Position numbers and translations under genes: made by a program. From NCBI GenBank assembly GCA_964234715.1, contig OZ174278.1: 64,000 nt of DNA, one strand, 5' to 3'. The notes beneath the pieces are model-generated. The model ran no database searches, was not told the origin of the DNA, and saw only the letters and a list, made by a program, of their open reading frames with translations. The stretch's first letter is position 1; every line of letters begins with the position of its first letter. Positions 10,969-22,633 of the stretch are shown piece by piece. Source of the stretch: Podarcis melisellensis (taxonomy: Eukaryota).

Positions 10969-13900
10969 GTTTCTACACTACATTTGTGCTTGGATATTAC
11001 TTAATTTTGTATGGAAGACACTGATATATCAATGGAACAGTGCCAGCATGTTAGCAGGATATGAAAAAATGAAATCCTTGACGGTATCCAGTGGATGCTT
11101 ATGAGCACTGTTGCATAGCAGAAAGTTTGATGCCTTAAGATTCTTGATGTGCATTTTTGCAACATGGACGTAAGCCACTACAAGGGCCAAATCCTGAAAT
11201 ACCCTGGAAGGATATGAGAGTATGCAAGACTCTTAGAAGTGCAGAAACTATGCATTTTGGCTGCACCGCGGTGGAGGAAACTAAGTTGGTGTGAGAAATG
11301 CCATGCCGGTGTCATACGGGAGTTTCTTCCATAGCAAGTCTATGGAAGAAAGATGGGGCAGGGGAGAAAAGAGTGAAACAATCATAGAGTACGGCCATTG
11401 AAACTGCACAGTATGATTATGTGTCTCAAAGCACTATCTGGTGGACTTGCAGCATGATGCATTTTTGCTTTCTCCACTACCATTATCAGATAACCAGTGG
11501 TATTGGTAGGTGTTGCTAAACAGCCAACCCAAGACTCTGGCCTTTTAGTCCTCTCTGATATTGAAGTTCTCTTCCTACAGGCTTGCTTTGTTGCAATACA
11601 ACATCAGACAAGCAAGGGTTTTCCATTGCATTATTTTTTAAATTTTTCCAGAAATAAGGGCCCACTGGCAACATGGTACATTAGTTAGGGAGAATAAAGT
11701 TTCCCCGACTTTCTGTTTCTTTAAAGTGCCAATAGTTTAATTTCTACAATTTGTCTTATTAAGCCATATCAACAATATAATTTAGTAAATTTAGTAAAGT
11801 GAATTCCTCTCCTTCCTCCCCCCCCCAGATGTTTACCTGAATATTACTTTCAAATCTTTTTGACTGATAATCCCAGCATAAAGATCCCAATTGATTTATC
11901 CATCTTCTTTCAGCCCAGCTCCATAAATCATCCACTTCTTTTTTAAGAGAAAATAAACAAATATGTACTGTACTTTATGGGACTGGATTTCACAGGGATT
12001 TTTACTAGCAAAATTCCTTGAGTAAGATGTGGAAGAATGCACCCAAGGGAGAAAGAGGGTTTGTTCTCTAGTTACCCCTGCTTTGGCATCTCTCCCTCCC
12101 ACAGTCTCACTGACCCTGAATCCAAGGCCTATCCTTTTAAGACACAAACCTTTTTCTGAGCAAATAATTCTACAAACTACTGTGGGGGCTTAATCTTTAT
12201 TATCAGTTCACAAGGGGCAGCAAAGTACTCGATGCTTGACTCAGAAGAATCCTCATCTCCAGCCGCCCAGCTCTTTAAGCAGAATTCTGGCTTCCGATAC
12301 TCTTTAAGGAGGAGACCATTGTAGCCACGAAGTTCCGTCTTGGCTCACCGTATGGTGTTAGACTTCCCCGTCATTCTACCTTGATGTGTACCTTTTAATT
12401 CCCTATCATAAATTGTGTCCAAGCTGCTCATAGTTCGTTAGCTCCATAAAAATATTAAATTCTTCCCAAACCCCTTTTATATAAATTATCCCATGTATGA
12501 TACAAGTGGAAAAACCGGGATCCACTTTGCAAATCTTAGGAAACATGACAATAGTTGGATGGGGGGAATTATATTGAAAATAAATTTTGTAGTTTGTAAA
12601 ATAGTTTAGGATCTTCTTAGATCAGCTTAGTTTACAAAATGAAGGAAAAGCTAAAATGGTTTGTGCTGTCTTTGTGACCAACCCAAACTCAAGAGCTGGA
12701 TCCTACACACTTCCTGTGCAAAATGCAGAAATCAAGCTCAGGGCTTTCTGTGCAACTGCTAACCTCACTCTCCATACTCAAGGTAGTGGGATTTCACCCC
12801 AACTCCTGTCCTGAAATAGCAGTTGCCACCAGTGCTTCAGAGCACATGGGGGAAATAAGCTTTATGTGGCACAACAGCACCTTGCATATAGCTTCTCCAG
12901 GTCAGGTGGGGATGAATAGAGGCAGGTTTGTTTTTTTGTCTTCTTATGTCCCAGCCAGCCCACAGAATGGTCCCACAACTTCTTGCACTAGCTAGGCACT
13001 GTAGCAAATGGACAGCCCCTTCAGTGTTGACGCAAGTGGGCAGAGGTGCCATGCTCTGCCTTGCTTGTCCCATTCATCATACAGTACCTGTGCTTTGACT
13101 CTCAACAGCTTCAGGAAGGATAGAATGGAATCAAGTATATCTTGGGAGCCAGGCCATAAATTTATGGGTTGCGTTTACCAGTTAGGTCAACTATAGCAGC
13201 ACATTTCTTATAGTATGTCATATATGTAGAGTACGTAAAATGGGTAACAGGGTTCTCTTTGTAGTGTGTACATAGGAATTAAGGCCCATCTGCACTTAAC
13301 GTGAATCTTAGAAGTCCACACGTTGCTGTTAATGCATTCCCTTTTTTCACTGATGGGGTAATAATTGTCAATATTTAATACTTTATTGATTTGCAGTCCT
13401 TAAACCACTTTGAAAAGGTTCCAGAAGACTCTTCTTCATGGTATCCGTTGTTTAATGTGTAAACTATCTTGACCAGTATTGAGAAATAATACCAAAGAAC
13501 ATAGTTTGTAAACGGTTTAGTTTTAATTCCAATGCCTTATGAAAGCATTTTGCTAGTAAATGACCTAGCATCAGCAGGTCACATTTAAGGATCAATGTAA
13601 TTTTTAATGCTAGTAAATAGTTTGCATTCCCTAGCAGACACATTCCTGTTTCAAGAAGCTCCCCTGAGTTCTGATTCTAGCACAATCTGGCGTTGCTTGC
13701 TGGCCACTTTTATGAGTTCAATTTTATGTTACAGATTTGGGGTGAAGTTGTTTTTTAAAACAGCAGCACTTTTTCATTTATCAACCACTCTTTTTCTGGT
13801 AGAATAATGCCTTAACAATTGGTATCTACTACTAGAGTCAATCAAGTTCCAAACATCATCTTTATTTTTAATAAGATGCCAACCCTAATACACAATGTGA

Positions 13901-14760
13901 CGTTAGCTCCTGGTTACTTAGCAATACATCTCTTGGATCTGTGTTGGAAACTTTCATGCTTTAACTCAGTCTTAATATCCAATATGTATTCTCCAGATCT
14001 TAACTTGAATCTTGCAAATGGTAGAAAGTGTCTGTCCACATTTACAGAACATTAAGTGAAGTTAAGTTGTAGAAGATCATCCAACAGGGATATGACTGAC
14101 TCATAACTTGGGTCAAGTTAGGATGGCATCAGAACCTTTTTCTTGGTACCCAGAAATTGTAAACACCAACAGATGTACAAGTTAATTATGTTGCAGTTCC
14201 CAAGTAGTCCCAGAATTCTGGGATTCTACCAGGAAAATTTTATATAAAGTGGTTTAAGGAATGCAGATTTTTCCTTCATTCCTAAATGCATTTACCAGGA
14301 AGTCCTATGGGTTTCTGCAGAGATGACACATACATGGTTTAGAATTGCAGACCTTAATGCAAAACAGAGAACATCTCTCCACTGTGTCTTCATTTCTTCT
14401 GCCCTCGTGTGTAAATTACAAGGCCATAATAGTGACATCCTTAGTTTATGTCTAGGGCTGCCAAACCTGTGTGTTTACCAGTGGGTATGTCAAATACATT
14501 ATCCTGTATTTATGACAAAGGTGTATGCAAGGATTTTACTTAAATAAAGGTATATCCACTGTAACTAAGCAAGCTTGCAAATACTCAAATTTAAATTGGT
14601 ATGAGGTTATTTAGAGGATATATAATGTGAATAATGCATCTGTTTTTTATGTTGCAGATAGGAATATTCCTATGCACAAAGAAAGCATTGCCATTAATAC
14701 TTTAAAGTGACTTTTTAAACGGACTTTTATAAATAAATTAAATATAAAAGAATACAGATC
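10969..14760 (+). other. ZDHHC20: Probable ZDHHC20 terminal exon / long 3' UTR
   Basis: ctaat branch point, pyrimidine tract and tag acceptor ending 10968; AATAAA at 14542 and 14732 with T-rich downstream sequence; 3' end approximate. Confidence 0.55.
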
Positions 14761-15090
14761 ATTTTGCCTGAAATTTTCATGTTTTTATCTGCACCTTGTA
14801 ATATTTTCATGTGTATTTTTCACCAATAATTTTAAATCATGTTGAGTATTTTATATATCAAAGTGCAGACTTCCATTAATATCTTAAGCATAGCTCCTTT
14901 TAAGGGGAAAAAGCATAATCTTTAAACCCTTCTTTGCCAAAGTGATGATACATTAAAATGGATTATGACACACTGAATGCAAAAGAAACTAAATAAATAC
15001 GTTGAAAAAATGAGCTAACTTGTGAAATGCATTTCTAATTGGTGCAAGTGATGAAGATACAATTTCAATTCTCTTTTATGCGTGGGTATA

Positions 15091-15841
15091 CCGTATTTTT
15101 CGCACCATAGGACGCACTTTTCCCCCTCCAAAAATGAAGGGGAAATGTGTGTGCGTCCTATGGTGCGAATGCAGGGTTTCGCTGAAGCCTGGAGAGTGAG
15201 AGGGGTCGGTGCGCACCGACCCCTCACGCTCTCCAGGCTTCGCGGACCTCTTCGCAAGGAGCCGGAGCACTCCGGCTCCTTGCGGGGAGTTGCCAGCATG
15301 CCGAAGCCTGCGCGCGCTGAGCTCAGCGCGCCCAGGCTTCGCGGACCTCTCCGCAAGGAGCCGGAGCGCTCCGGCTCCTTGCGGGGAGTTGCCAGCATGC
15401 CGAAGCCTGCGCGCGCTGAGCTCAGCGCGCCCAGGCTTCGCGGACCTCTCCGCAAGGAGCCGGAGCGCTCCGGCTCCTTGCGGGGAGTTGCCAGCATGCC
15501 GAAGCCTGCGCGCGCAGAGCTCAGCGCGCCCAGGCTTCGCGGACCTCTCCGCAAGGAGCCGGAGCGCTCCGGCTCCTTGCGGGGAGTTGCCAGCATGCCG
15601 AAGCCTGCGCGCGCTGAGCTCAGCGCACCCAGGCTTCGCGGACCTCTCCGCAAGGAGCCGGAGCGCTCCCACGGCTTGCAGAGAGCTGCCTGTTTGCGGG
15701 CTGGGGTCGGGGGAAGCTCGAGCTTCCCCCGCCCCAGCCCCGCGCCTGGGGGGGGGGGAAATAATTTTTTCCCCTTTATTTCCCCCCCAAAAAATGGGTG
15801 CGCCCTATGGTCCGGTGCGCCCTATGGTGCGAAAAATACGG
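15091..15841. mobile_element. TA-flanked Tc2/pogo-like MITE containing a GC-rich palindromic minisatellite
   Basis: TIR ccgtatttttcgcaccatagg / cctatggtgcgaaaaatacgg, TA both sides; related termini at 25003-25249 and 54753-54980. Confidence 0.85.
15233..15669. repeat. 99-bp tandem repeat, ~4.4 copies
   Basis: ccaggcttcgcggacctct recurs at 15233, 15332, 15431, 15530, 15629; only a few substitutions between copies. Confidence 0.97.
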
Positions 15842-16199
15842 TAAATGCGTGGGGACATCACTTGGGAAGAGAAGCTTTAAAAGAGTTGGGGCTATCTCTC
15901 ATGTGTCAGTCCAATTAAATAAAGATAACAGTGGGCAGATGTTGCCAGACTTCACCTCCATTTTGGGTTCCCACACTTGGCTCCATTTTGCCTGGAAATG
16001 TTAGCTAGTAAAGGCTAACAAATTAGGACAGGATACATTTCACAGGTCCCATTGACACTATACTTGAAATGGAAGTGTCCCAGCCCAAAGCATGGATCAC
16101 TGTTGCCTACCTCTGTCCCTGACAGGTTGCTGCTAGAAAGCATGCTACCACTGAGGACACACAACATGACAAAGCTAAAATCAAGAAACACTCTCAAGA

Positions 16200-17650
16200 T
16201 ACACTTCCGGGGAAGGAGCCGTCGCAGGTTAGTCACCTCTCTCGGGAGCTCCCAGATGTAATTAAGTGGTGACTAACGGTGGAGGATTATGTGTCATTTT
16301 TGTCTCTGCTGAACAGAGACAACATTTGGATTAATTCCTGGATGTTCTTGATGGATTGCTTGCTGACGTGGGATCGAGAAATCCTATTGGACGGCTGAGT
16401 GACCAGGAGTGGGAAAAACGGTAACATTGCCCAGGCACTGCTAAAGATCTCTGGAGGTCAATCTCCTAGGAAAAGACGTAACCATACCTCCTTTCTTTAG
16501 TTATATCTGAAACTACTATAAATCACTAAAGAAATTAAAGAAACTACTCCTTTGTCAGTAAAAATGTCAATTTGAAATACAACCCTAAAGCTGGCTTAAG
16601 AAGAGAAGTCATTGAAAGACTGACGGCAAAATTGGTTTTCTTCAGGAAGTATCTAGTTTGTTTCGAGGAAAGCATACAGCTGTTCATAACACACACCTGC
16701 TTATAACAGAGAAGAGAATCTCTAAGAAGTGTCTATGTTCTTGTGCTGTTATATCTTTGATCCTCCATTTCACAAGTGATTGCATTGACAGTAATGAAAA
16801 TTAATGGTTACTGCTGCGCTTGCATTAGGAAGAATGGAATGCTAAGAATGTGGTTAGGACTGTACTTCTAGCAGCACCCAAGATTGCAAGTATGTTAAGA
16901 AATAATCTATTAACTGTGGCAGGTTTTCAAAAATTATTTGATCAACAGAGAACGCAATTAAAAATGGGAGATGCAGAAAATGATAATGAGCAAATCACTG
17001 AGTAAAGTGGAGGTGGGTGTGGAATTGCAGCTCCTGGGGAAAAATACTGGAGATGGTTTGCTATATCAGGAGGAAGGTTTTACACAGATTGCTGAAGAGT
17101 CACAGCTCCTGGAAAAAATTATCAAGGTTAATTTGTCAGCCCTCGAGGATGGTTTATTGCTGATGCTGGAAGGAGTGCAACAGATGTAATGCTGGAAGGC
17201 GATGGAATTCATGGAAGGAGGACTCTGTATTAACTTGGAATCATCTCAGAAGACAAAGTGATCATGCTTCCTGCCATACTTTTGGAAAAAAAGAATGGAA
17301 ATACAGGAAATTGAAAGAAAAAATGGCAAGGACTGAAGACCATGGCAATAGGAAATGGAACTGGAAGATACAGGAACTTTTTGGGAGTGCGAATGTCTAC
17401 TTAATTTCTGATCAATTGTGGACATTGTCATATAAACACAGTAAAGAAATTCATGATGAATAAAGAATAAGGACTGAACTGTCTTTTAAAATCTGGTGGT
17501 AAAGTTGTGAGGGTGGACCGGAAGAAGATTAAGGCCGACTCTTACTTTTAATAATAATTGGAGAACCTCTTTTGGACTTCTTGGATGGGAAGGGAAAGGA
17601 ATGAAACTGAGATGCCTGGATTTAACACTGGGAAAATAACACCTAGAAGG
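16200..17650 (+). mobile_element. Possible degenerate L1-derived retroelement
   Basis: Purine-rich + strand, broken reading frames with faint resemblance to L1 ends; family not confidently recognised. Confidence 0.3.
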
Positions 17651-17919
17651 AACGAATAACTGGACATTACTCTGGATTGAACATCAGATTATTACGAGAA
17701 ACTTTTGCAAGCACAACTTGAGGAGAGAAGATGATCCTTTCTAGGCAGAATAGCATTACTGTACCAAAGTTTGGAAGAAAAAGAACACCTGTAACTTGGA
17801 ACAAGCACTGAGACTGAGAGCTGAAGAGTAATACATTTATTTACAGGCCTTCTTACATAACTGGTGGTTGCCACTGTCAGCAATTGCAAGCAGTCCAGCT
17901 GAACGCCAACTTAAGTTTT

Positions 17920-18234
17920 TCAAGCTTCTGTCCATTTCTTGGTCACATTAAGGTGACCCAGATGTTCTGTAGCATACTTATGCTCTGGAAACTTAGCTTT
18001 TTCTGCAGCTATTGCTCTTTCCCGCCATAAACGTCTGCGTTCTGCATTGTGGCGATACTCCTGGTCTTTTGTCATGTATGGCCGGCTCAGCCAATATTCA
18101 TTTTCAGCTTCCCTTTCCAGCCTCTTGATGATACCCTGTTTCATTATCTCTGTAACGAACCTCGGCCGTCTGTGTTTACCAATCCACTGACTCCCAGGAA
18201 TGCGGTTTCGAAGCCGTGCTATGGTCAGAAACAT
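17920..18234 (-). CDS. MRPL57: Mitochondrial ribosomal protein mL63 (MRPL57/MRP63), 104 aa, single coding exon
   Basis: [27 protein letters not shown]...[19 protein letters not shown]...HLNVTKKW; ATG at 18234 sits 2 nt after an aag acceptor (exon starts 18236); syntenic position. Confidence 0.96.
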   Translation of the reverse strand: MFLTIARLRNRIPGSQWIGKHRRPRFVTEIMKQGIIKRLEREAENEYWLSRPYMTKDQEYRHNAERRRLWRERAIAAEKAKFPEHKYATEHLGHLNVTKKWTEA

Positions 18235-19969
18235 ACCTTTAACAGCAAAGGAGGTTAACATTGATTACTTGAATATTCTTCAATCAAATACAAGAGGTCA
18301 ATATTATTTACAGTTAGCAGCTAGAACCCATGGCTATGATGAATTAGAGAAGCTGACTTCTAGCTTGAGACATCAATGTGTACACCTATCTCATAGGATT
18401 TTTGGCAATCATCCTTGTGTCAGAGGCTGCGGGGGTCTTTCTCTTGATTTTTGATCATGTGTAAGTAGAGGACAGACTGGTGCATCTTTTGATTCCCACA
18501 AAGGCACTCTTCCCTTCCCTTGATTCTCTTCAGTTAATGGAAAATCCAAGTGAGGCAACACTTACTACTGATAAGCCAGTAAGGGTTGTACCATTTGAGG
18601 CTAGGTACATACCATACATTTAAAGCTTATTCCTTGCCTGCAAAAAAATAATAAAATAAAATCTTGACACTTGTAGCTCTATGAGGGGTAAACTACGGTC
18701 CTCAAGATTCTGTGAGGGGTGGACAGAATATACTGTACTTTTATTCCAACAACAACACTAGAATCTCTGTGGAGCAGAGACTTGAATTGATAATGCATAA
18801 ACAAACATATTGCTTGTGCTGTGTATTGCATACAAAACTTAATAAGAATGTACCACAGGACAAGTTACTGTAGTTATATATTCTTGTATTTACATGGAAA
18901 CCAATAAAAATTATTTGGACAGAAGATTCTGTGAGGGGTGTGTAGACTTTAAATGAATGGTGTGTATGCAGCCCCCGTCATCAGCTGGGGACTCATATTT
19001 GAATGTCCCACATCAAAAACTAAGTATCAGAGAAGAGCTCAATCAAAGCCTTCACACTGATATGCCAACCCCACCTACTGTGCTATGCCGAACCCACAGT
19101 AGTACACTGAGCAGGGATTACATTCTTGGGGTAGCACTTCATATGCAAAAAATCCGATACTTGAACCACCTTCATATGAGCAATCTTGACTGTGAAGCAA
19201 AACAAGAGCTTAATTTTAAGCTCTCCGTCTTGCTTCCTGGGCTCCAGGAGGCTCTTGCAGGCCATCCAAGTTCCCGGAGATTTTGTGAGAAAAAAATATC
19301 ATGAAATCTCCAGGAGATCTCAGATTCATGTGAAGAGACACAGGACTATAATATAATCCCCACCCCACCCCCCAAAAAGTATTAACAGATGAAAATAGTC
19401 ACTCAGCTGAAACCCGTCTCTCCCAGGACCAAAGATCACACTTTGTTACCGATTGCTCTCGTCAATTAAACTATTCTTAACCCCGTTTTCAGGGCACAAA
19501 GTGGCTTACATTACTCTAAATGCATGAAATGAAATAACAAAAACGCAGCAGCATCTAAATAGTTTTTTTCAAGTACTGTACAGCACAATTCAGCAAACCA
19601 GACAAAAAAAACCCCAGAAGAAATATTTATTTTAAAGACCACCAGCAGTGAGGGACTGCACCTTGGGGGTGTAGTTCTAAAGTGTAGGGCCACCACCGAT
19701 AAAGCCCTGTCATCTCACAGGGAGGCTAGGGAAGCCCTCTACCACCTGCATGTTGTAGAAAGTAAACTCTGAAATAAATTCACATAGCTGCAAACCTCTC
19801 ACGCTGCTGAAATTCCTAGTCTTGGGAATTTAGATGTGGTTGATTCAAACAACACTTTTGAGAAGCAAGGCAACCCTCACGCTCTCATTTCTTGCTGTAA
19901 GGAAAGTGTGGAGGCTGCCCTACATCGCTTCTCAAACGCGTTGTTTGAAACACCTCACACACACGACAT

Positions 19970-20145
19970 CATAGCTGTCAACTTTCAGATTTGAAAATAA
20001 GGGATCAACAACCTCAAATAAGGGCTCAGCCGCCTCACCTGTCCTGGGGACAGTCTACGGGATATCTAACAATCTGGGATAGCAGCGGGAAATGGCGCTG
20101 GAATAAGGGAATTTCCTGCCAAAAAAAGGAAGGTTGACAGTTATG
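19970..20145. mobile_element. hAT-type MITE
   Basis: TIR catagctgtcaac / gttgacagttatg; 8-bp TSD cacgacat/cactacat. Confidence 0.75.
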
Positions 20146-20629
20146 CACTACATGCTGGAAGAAGCATGTGAGCTGCTTTGGCTCCCCACCTCCACCCACT
20201 CATGGGGAATGAAATCCTGCTTTCTGTATTGACCCTGTTCCCTCGCCCATCGCCTGATGCCACCAGTGATATCAGCTGATCAGCAAGGTGTGCATGATGG
20301 GGGGGGGGGAATGGCCCCATGGACAAACCTGGACGTCCTTGAGGACCAGAGGATCCCCACTTCCCTGGAGGCTCACCTGGAGCGTGTGAAAGGACTGTGA
20401 ACCGAGTTCAGTTCCAGCAGCGGAAAACAACGCCTCTGCTTTAATGCTACACGTTTGCCTTTTGCGCCTGGGCTTCGGCTGGTAAATCTTAGGAGCTCTA
20501 GTAACAACAAGAAGAAAAAGCAGGAGATCTGACACGTCTGAAGTGCTCCCATCCCGGGATGGGATGGCAACTAGCCCCTGCCTCCTTCCACTCCAATTCT
20601 ATCAATGCCTACCAGCCACCTTGGGCAGC

Positions 20630-21260
20630 TTCTCGGTGTCCCGCCCGCTTCCCCTTGCCGCCGGTTTAGAGGGAAACCCTTTCCCCCGCGCCCACCTGCT
20701 TCCCCGTCCCTCCGCTCTGCCCGCCCGTCCCCGCAACCCCTTTCCCGCTGCTCCTCTTCAGCTCACCGGTCACAGGTCCGCCCGTCCCACCTCGGCAGGG
20801 AAAAGAAAATGGCGCCGCCCGAAAGGTTCCACCGCGCTTCAGCCTCAAAGCTCTCGCGAGAGTGAGGAGATGTCCTCCCACCCCCCCTTCCCAGGTTCAC
20901 TGAAGAGGCGTGGAAAGTAAGCAAGGGCGGGGCTGGCTCGCTCGCTTCCCAGCTGACCAATCGCTGAGCTGGCAGATTCAAACGTCAAGGCGGGAGAGGG
21001 GGGTGTGGCGTGAGAGAAAAGCGGTGGGGGTTGGAGACAGATAGAGATTTAAAGGAGCAATTCCACCCCACCCCGTTTGCTGGTCTTCAAAAAGGTCCCT
21101 TCTACTGGGCAGGAGTCTGCGCGCGTTTGTTTCTCGCCCCCCCCTTCACCGTTTTATTGCTCCTGCCCGTAGGGAGAGGGGCTGTAAATACGTGTTAGTG
21201 AGCGGTCGTGTGGAAGAAGGCAGAGAAGTTGCAGGCTCCCCAAGCGTGGCAACGGTAAGG
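20630..21260. promoter_or_regulatory. CpG-rich bidirectional promoter of MRPL57 (-) and SKA3 (+) with non-coding first exons
   Basis: YY1-type aaaatggcg (~20806), TCTCGCGAGA (20852-20861), CCAAT (20957), CHR-like ttcaaa (20977-20982), ggcggga (20989); minus-strand donor gtgagc at 20761-20766; plus-strand gtaag donors at 20917 and 21255. Confidence 0.8.
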
Positions 21261-21367
21261 CTACTTTTTGTCTTCTGCACCTTTTAGGTTTTTCTTTAAA
21301 ACGTGGGGAGGGCAAGTTTTGGAAAGCCTTAATAGTGGTTGAACAACATCATCAGTTCTTTTTAAGG

Positions 21368-21858
21368 TAGCATCTTAAAAAGCAGAGACATCACCTTGCT
21401 GACAAAGGTCCGTATAGTTAAAGCTATGGCTTTAACTGTAGTGATGTATGGAAGTGAGAGCTGGACCATAAAGAAGGCTGATCGCCAAAGAATTGATGCT
21501 TTTGAATTGTGGTGCTGGAGGAGGAGACTCTTGAGAGTCCCATGGACTGCAAGAAGATCAAACCTATCCATTCTTAAGGAAATCAGCCGTGAGTGCTCAC
21601 TGGAAGGACAGATCGTGAAGCTGAGGCGCCAATACTTTGGCCACCTCATGAGAAGAGAAGACTCCCTGGAAAAGACCCTGATGTTGGTAAAGGTTGAGGG
21701 CACAAGGAGAAGGGGATGACAGAGGACGAGATGGCTGGACAGTGTTCTAAAAGCTACCAGCATAGTTTGACCAAACTGCGGGAGGCAGTGGAAGACAGAA
21801 GTGCCTGGCGTGCTCTGGTCCATGGGGTCACGAAGAGTCGGTCACGACTAAACAACAA
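21368..21858 (+). mobile_element. BovB (RTE) LINE 3' fragment
   Basis: Encodes YGSESWTIKKADRQRIDAFELWCWRR...LEKTLML, then gtccatggggtcacgaagagtcg tail with (caa)n. Confidence 0.92.
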
Positions 21859-22322
21859 TTCTCCCAAGGTGGATGCAATGCAGCAATAAAATATACCATT
21901 AAGCATTCTAAGGTGTAAAGTGTGGTAATATAGATATAGAGTTTAGCAACATTAAAATAACAGCAGCATGTAAAACGTTTCTTTTTATATAACTGGAAAG
22001 TGTGTTCTTGGATAGTGAGGTTACTAGGGGAGAGTTATCTTCAAACTCCATTAGGAAACTTCCAAAGCATCTGGCTGGGCTGGACTGAAGAGGCCTTGGC
22101 TTGATCCACATTTTTAAGGATTTATAAAATGCTTAACATGAAATATCAAAACAAAATTGCAAAGCATATTAAAAGTCATTCGTGGTAGATTGTATTGGCT
22201 ATGGGCTAAAGTAATAATTAGCTGGAGGAAGGCCTGAGTAAAAAGCAGAGGTTTGAGTAGATGTCCAAAGCACAGGGCAATAGGTGCCTGTCTAATCAAG
22301 GAGGGGGCAGAATTTAATAATA

Positions 22323-22633
22323 CAGTGGTGCCCCGCAAGACGAATGCCTCGCAAGATGAAAAACCCGCTAGACGAAAGGGTTTTCCGTTTTTCGATGCGC
22401 TTCGCAAGACGAATTTCCCTATGGGCTTGCTTCGCAAGACGAAAACGTCTTGCGAGTCTTGCAATTTTTTTCGCTCCCCCCCCTTTTTCTAAGTCGCTAA
22501 TAGCCTTTTAGTCGCTAAGCCGCTAATAGCGCTAATCCGCCAAGCCGCTAATAGGGTTGCTTCGCAAGACGAAAAAACCGCTAGACGAAGAGACTCGCAG
22601 AACGGATTATTTTCGTCTTGCGAGGCACCACTG
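22323..22633. mobile_element. Tc1/mariner-Tigger-type MITE
   Basis: TA|cagtggtgccccgcaagacgaa ... ttcgtcttgcgaggcaccactg|TA; internal cgcaagacgaa subrepeats. Confidence 0.85.

Noticed and set aside
15233-15669. CRISPR-like look of regularly spaced palindromic repeats
   Set aside because: The intervening sequences are identical rather than unique spacers, no cas genes are present and the DNA is vertebrate
15015-15918. Four overlapping 198-278 aa repetitive ORFs on both strands
   Set aside because: By-product of a GC-rich, palindromic 99-bp unit (multiple of 3, few stops) inside a MITE; no promoter, splice context or recognisable domain
18235-18261. N-terminal extension of MRPL57 in the ORF track (MLTSFAVKG)
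   Set aside because: Lies across the splice acceptor, mostly intronic; the conserved protein starts at MFLT (18234)
19835-19955. Imperfect inverted repeat (ttcaaacaacac...gagaagc / gcttctc...gttgtttgaa)
   Set aside because: Most likely an old decayed MITE; too degenerate to argue for an RNA structure
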